Part shown: piece by piece, positions 60,301 to 64,000 of the stretch
Layout: every line of letters starts with the position of its first letter
How positions within the stretch are numbered: position 1 is the stretch's first letter
NCBI RefSeq assembly: GCF_023055435.1
Contig: NW_025963779.1
Span: 49,848,001-49,912,000 of the forward strand
Length of the DNA stretch: 64,000 bases
Reading direction: 5' to 3'
Origin: Haliotis rufescens
Lineage: Eukaryota
Notes under the pieces: model-generated
Seen by the model: the letters and a program-made list of their open reading frames with translations, nothing else
Told to the model about the DNA's origin: nothing
The model's database searches: none
Translations under genes and position numbers: made by a program

Positions 60301-63067
60301 GCTCAAGAAAAAAGCAGAGCATTTTGACTGGTGTATGTTAATCGATGTTAACTGCCGGGTAAAAGAAATTCTACACCCATGTTTGATGGTGGCTAAACCT
60401 GAAACAAACGAGAAATGATTATTCGATTATGTACAGTAAAATACGGTTATAACGAACACGCATATAACGAACTGACCAATATGACGAACTTATTTTTCAG
60501 TCTCGACCATTTGTTGTATAAATGCTGTATACATGCTTATAACGAACTGCGGTTAGTACGAACTAAAATTAATGGTCAGTTCGAGTTCGTTATAACCGTA
60601 GTTTAATGAACTTGTTATGGGTATCATGGTTGTGTTTCTGCCTTAAGTTTGCATTGTTCGATGACTGTTTTCAGCCTTGTAACGTTTTGATAAAATTTGT
60701 AATGTTTCGATCAAATCCAATTTTCAATATACTTTTTTTTGTCCGTCGGCTTAGTTCCCTTTACTCGAATACCATCTGATTTGGGGTGTTTATATTGTGG
60801 AAATAACATATTTGAAGAAAATTATTATTTCTTTATTTGGGATTTGAGATTTTTACAGAAATTCTTTCCTTACTGTTGGACACCTCCTTCTTCATGGGTT
60901 GCAGGATGAGGAGGAGGCTTGCTCCCTGTGGGATCGGTGTCAGTGTGATCGACGCCTGGTGACGTCGCAATGGGACGAACGTCAGATTGATGACGTCCTG
61001 TACCTTCCATACGGCCTTGCTGCTGAGCTCCAGTGAATACTGTCGATGGTGTTTGGGATTCCGCTGTTCTTTGACTTGAATTTAAAAAAGTGTTAATGAT
61101 GATCTTCTACATAGTGTTGTGACCAATAACTGTTGCAAGTTATTCCCAGTTCGCCCCAATTATGTTTCTAGGTTTGTCAGCACGGATTCATCGTTGGGTT
61201 GTCCTCCAACATTAGGCTGACACACCGTGATACAACTGGAATACTATTCGGTGTAACACTTACTTTGTAAAGCNNNNNNNNNNNNNNNNNNNNNNNNNNN
61301 NNNNNNNNNNNNNNNNNNNNNNNNNNNNNNNNNNNNNNNNNNNNNNNNNNNNNNNNNNNNNNNNNNNNNNNNNNNNNNNNNNNNNNNNNNNNNNNNNNNN
61401 NNNNNNNGGTTGTTTTTTTTGGTTTTTTTAATTTATTTTATTTATTTATTTATTTTATTTTATTTTTTTTATTTTTTTTGGGGGGGGGGTTGTAAAGGGG
61501 GGGGGGGGCGGGGGAGTCAGCTTAATTTAATGGAACTACTCACGGTTGATGAAACACGTTTTCTGGACGATGGGTTTGAGCAAATGCAGCGGTGGCCGTC
61601 ATGGTGCCTGGTGGAACGTTGCTGCCAGGCAGATACATCCAAGTGGGTCCATCGTTCGTGTGCTTTCCCTTGACTTCTGGAGTTTGACTTAGTGTGCCAG
61701 CCTCTGCTACTTCATCAAAATCAGCTAGGGTATTAGTTTCTTCTTTCTTAAGTTCCTGCAACCCTATACTTATGCTCTTCACTCTGTCTAAAATTGACTT
61801 GATCTGGCTTTCTTGTGCAAGTGGACCTTGCTCCTTTGAATTCAATCTGTCGTGCTTATCAGCATCTTAAAGGAAAACCATTATTATCATAAGTTGTAAT
61901 AAATACTGCAGGTTTTGCATCACCGTGTGATGCGTAAGTAAATATGAGAGGCTTGCTTTTACCTATACTTAACACTTTACATTTACTACAGATACATGTT
62001 TCTTAATCGAGTTTTTGACTAGTACTATAAAACCAGACTAGTACGAGCAGCCACACACATGTTACATAAGTGATCGTATATATCTTGAACGAGACGTTAA
62101 TCCGCATGCCATCTCACTTCTATATCCCGTTAATTAGCCTGTGTTTTATAGTAGAGCACATCAGTGGTACAATGTCAGTGCGACTGATAGGAAGATAGGA
62201 TGATGGACTTGAGGTATTATGGAATGGAACGTATTTTCATCTCTACTACAAAAAAGTCAATGCTGTAAAAGAATCTGATTTAAAACACTATATTAGAAAA
62301 GGACAGAAGGAATGCTGAATGTATGATGTTTGTTGACAAGACAAGACAAGAAGTTTATTGTATGAAAGGCCTCCGGCCCATATACAAAGTATAAATACAC
62401 ACAATGTATACATACTTTCAACATACATGTGCGTTCTAGGAGACATTTGTATTTACAAGTTCTTGCCGAATATTGAGTGCTTGATGGAGAAATTGAGCTA
62501 CACTGTAGATTACACCGGAAGATTGATTAGACATAAGTGATATAAGGGATGTGGTACATTGCTGTTTAAGGTATGTTTGTTTAACGCCGCACTCAGCAAT
62601 ATTCCAGCTATATGACGTCGGTCTGTAAATAATCGAGTGTGGACCAGACAATCCAGTGATTAACATCATGAGCATCGATCCACGCAATTGGGATACGATG
62701 ACATGCATCAACCAAGTCAGCCAGCCTGACCACCCTATCCCGTTAGTCGCCTCTTACGACATGCATGGGTTGCTGAAGACCTCTTCTAACCCGGGTCTTC
62801 ACGTATCGGAATGCAGGAATGAAGAGTTGAGCCTTGATTATACTTTCAAACATTTGCACTATATTATTGTTTGAATCCAATAAGTAATACAATGTATTTA
62901 TGAAACAGCACCCGACACCGTAAATGCATGTTATGACTTGTATGTTACTATTGTCACAACTGATTTCACAACTCGTTTAAGTATATAAAGCCATGATATA
63001 AGTGCGTGTACCTGACCTACAGTACAGCTCGTCGTCCTCCAGTTCGTCGGCCCGTGCTTGTGGTCTG
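47802..63067 (-). CDS. Gene B: paralog of gene A; low-complexity N-terminus + VWA + 2x MIB/HERC2 + WWE (>=780 aa, 5' end unresolved)
   Basis: Phase-consistent exons: 63067-63012, 61865-61544, 61074-60874, 60253-60213, 59887-59780, 59441-59328 (DTILCLDCSQSM), 57651-57529, 57430-57356, 57163-57048 (RIIVITDG), 56775-56674, 56506-56417, 56216-56097, 55627-55432 (LGSRVMRGKDWKWEDQD), 54925-54779 (WVLWDSGERNRYRY), 54264-54179, 53367-53297, 52911-52823, 48462-48300 (VWRWKDGRQWRLY), 48208-48135, 47857-47802 (TAA). Exon sizes 123, 120, 147 and 71 are identical to gene A. Confidence 0.85.
48655..52773. repeat. ~4.1-kb 62-bp satellite (~66 units) in a gene B intron; each unit copies the upstream exon end and donor
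   Basis: Unit gtgtacaacacatacctgtgtcctggggtcaagtcttcagtaaggtggcactctgtgtaccc. On the minus strand, CAGGACACAG|GTATGTGT equals the predicted junction at 52823. Confidence 0.95.
53002..53060. repeat. (TG)n microsatellite
   Basis: Direct observation; another (TG)n followed by poly-G at 54353-54400. Confidence 0.95.
55690..55990 (+). mobile_element. Penelope-like pLTR/3' relic
   Basis: ggcgggtgctacc..gcaggacatgtttatcctt..acctggtgtcatc resembles molluscan Penelope-type terminal repeat sequence (from memory). Confidence 0.4.
58046..58160. repeat. AT-rich 42-bp inverted repeat (hairpin or foldback MITE)
   Basis: Arms 58046-58087 and 58119-58160, 2 mismatches. Confidence 0.8.
58465..58549 (-). mobile_element. 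5'-truncated family 3 SINE with perfect 13-bp TSD
   Basis: TSD gtttcatatttag at 58452-58464 and 58550-58562. Confidence 0.9.
58995..59205 (+). mobile_element. SINE-like repeat, family 1
   Basis: Reverse complement of 62573-62803. Confidence 0.85.
60434..60608. mobile_element. Tigger/pogo-like MITE
   Basis: ta|cagtaaaatacggttataacgaac ... gttcgttataaccgtagtttaatg; repeated internal tataacgaac motifs. Confidence 0.75.
61274..61407. other. Assembly gap (134 N)
   Basis: Run of N inside a gene B intron. Confidence 1.
62573..62803 (-). mobile_element. SINE-like repeat, family 1 (best-preserved copy)
   Basis: Five copies in the window. It shares a 3' tail motif (gtttaacgccgc..caatattccag) with families 2 and 3. 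Confidence 0.85.
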
Positions 63068-64000
63068 CTGGGGACAAAGACCATTAGATGTCACAAGGGG
63101 AAGTCTGCCGTGTTAGACACATACCTACATCTCTGTACGTGTGGACCAACATACAGAATGTAATAATTCGAACAAAAGTGACTCATTTCAAAATATATAT
63201 AAGATGTTTATAAGCGTTTATCATTTAAGCCCTTATGATGACGTCACACTATTCTTGATGCAGATTCTGAGCTCGGGACCACCATAATATGGCATAATTC
63301 GGATAAATTATTCGAATTTCTTAATTCTACTTCCAGAGCCAACAGATTTGAGTGATTTATCCAATACATCGGCAGGCTAAAGTCAACGGATACAAATAGT
63401 ATCCGCTTGGGTCATTTACGGAAACATGTGAAAATAAAAAGGTCCGGTAGGTACTACTTTCATTCATTACAAACATGGCGTAGCCCTTGTCTATCGGCTG
63501 TCGAGTCAGACATGACCATCGGGAACCTGGAGAAATCACTTGGATAAAAGATTCAACAGTTGAAGAAGTTATTCTTGGTTCAGATCAAGAGGACTGATTA
63601 TGTGCGTCTGGCAATAATTGACTTAGACAGTAGCCAGGAAACTCTTGACCGACGTTGTTTCTTCGTCGCCGAACTGGTGATCCGTCAGACTGCTCACGTG
63701 CAGAAAGTTGAATGAAAGCAAATATATGTAGTTTTCATAAAACGTTTTTTTTCCCGACTGACAGATCACTAATGTTATGACGTAATATATTAAGGCGCAC
63801 ATTCCAGGAAAACCTGCAAAGTTTAGGTAAAAGTTACTTATAATATGTATAACTATATAAATAAAATTACTTTTGTAATACTAATATAAATATACTTATA
63901 TAAATAAATATATAAGTAAATATATTACCTATAATATATAAATTTAGGTACAGTTTGTGAGAGATGAGAATACGTTTTTCGAATAAAAAGGCGATCATGC

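Overview
This is eukaryotic (animal) genomic DNA: intron-rich, AT-rich and dense in SINEs and MITEs. The repeat families look molluscan and probably abalone-like (from memory, not verified). Most entries in the ORF track are noise or single exons. Reading GT-AG junctions by hand gives three multi-exon genes, all on the minus strand. (A) ~2745-14815 and (B) ~47802-63067+ are diverged paralogs with conserved exon sizes and phases, encoding VWA + 2x MIB/HERC2 + WWE with no RING, HECT or PARP domain seen. (Z) 23193-33095 lies between them and encodes a ~1172-aa protein with 23 C2H2/C2HC zinc fingers. Its introns hold two DIRS-type tyrosine-recombinase retrotransposons, one with complete ITR+ICR architecture. 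A fourth gene may start at ~212 and run off the left edge. In both VWA-MIB-WWE paralogs an exon 3' end plus its splice donor has been tandemly amplified into the next intron: a 91-bp unit x~4.5 in A and a 62-bp unit x~66 in B. The window also has MITEs with clean TIR/TSD, four SINE-like families, Penelope/LINE relics, several minisatellites and one 134-nt assembly gap.
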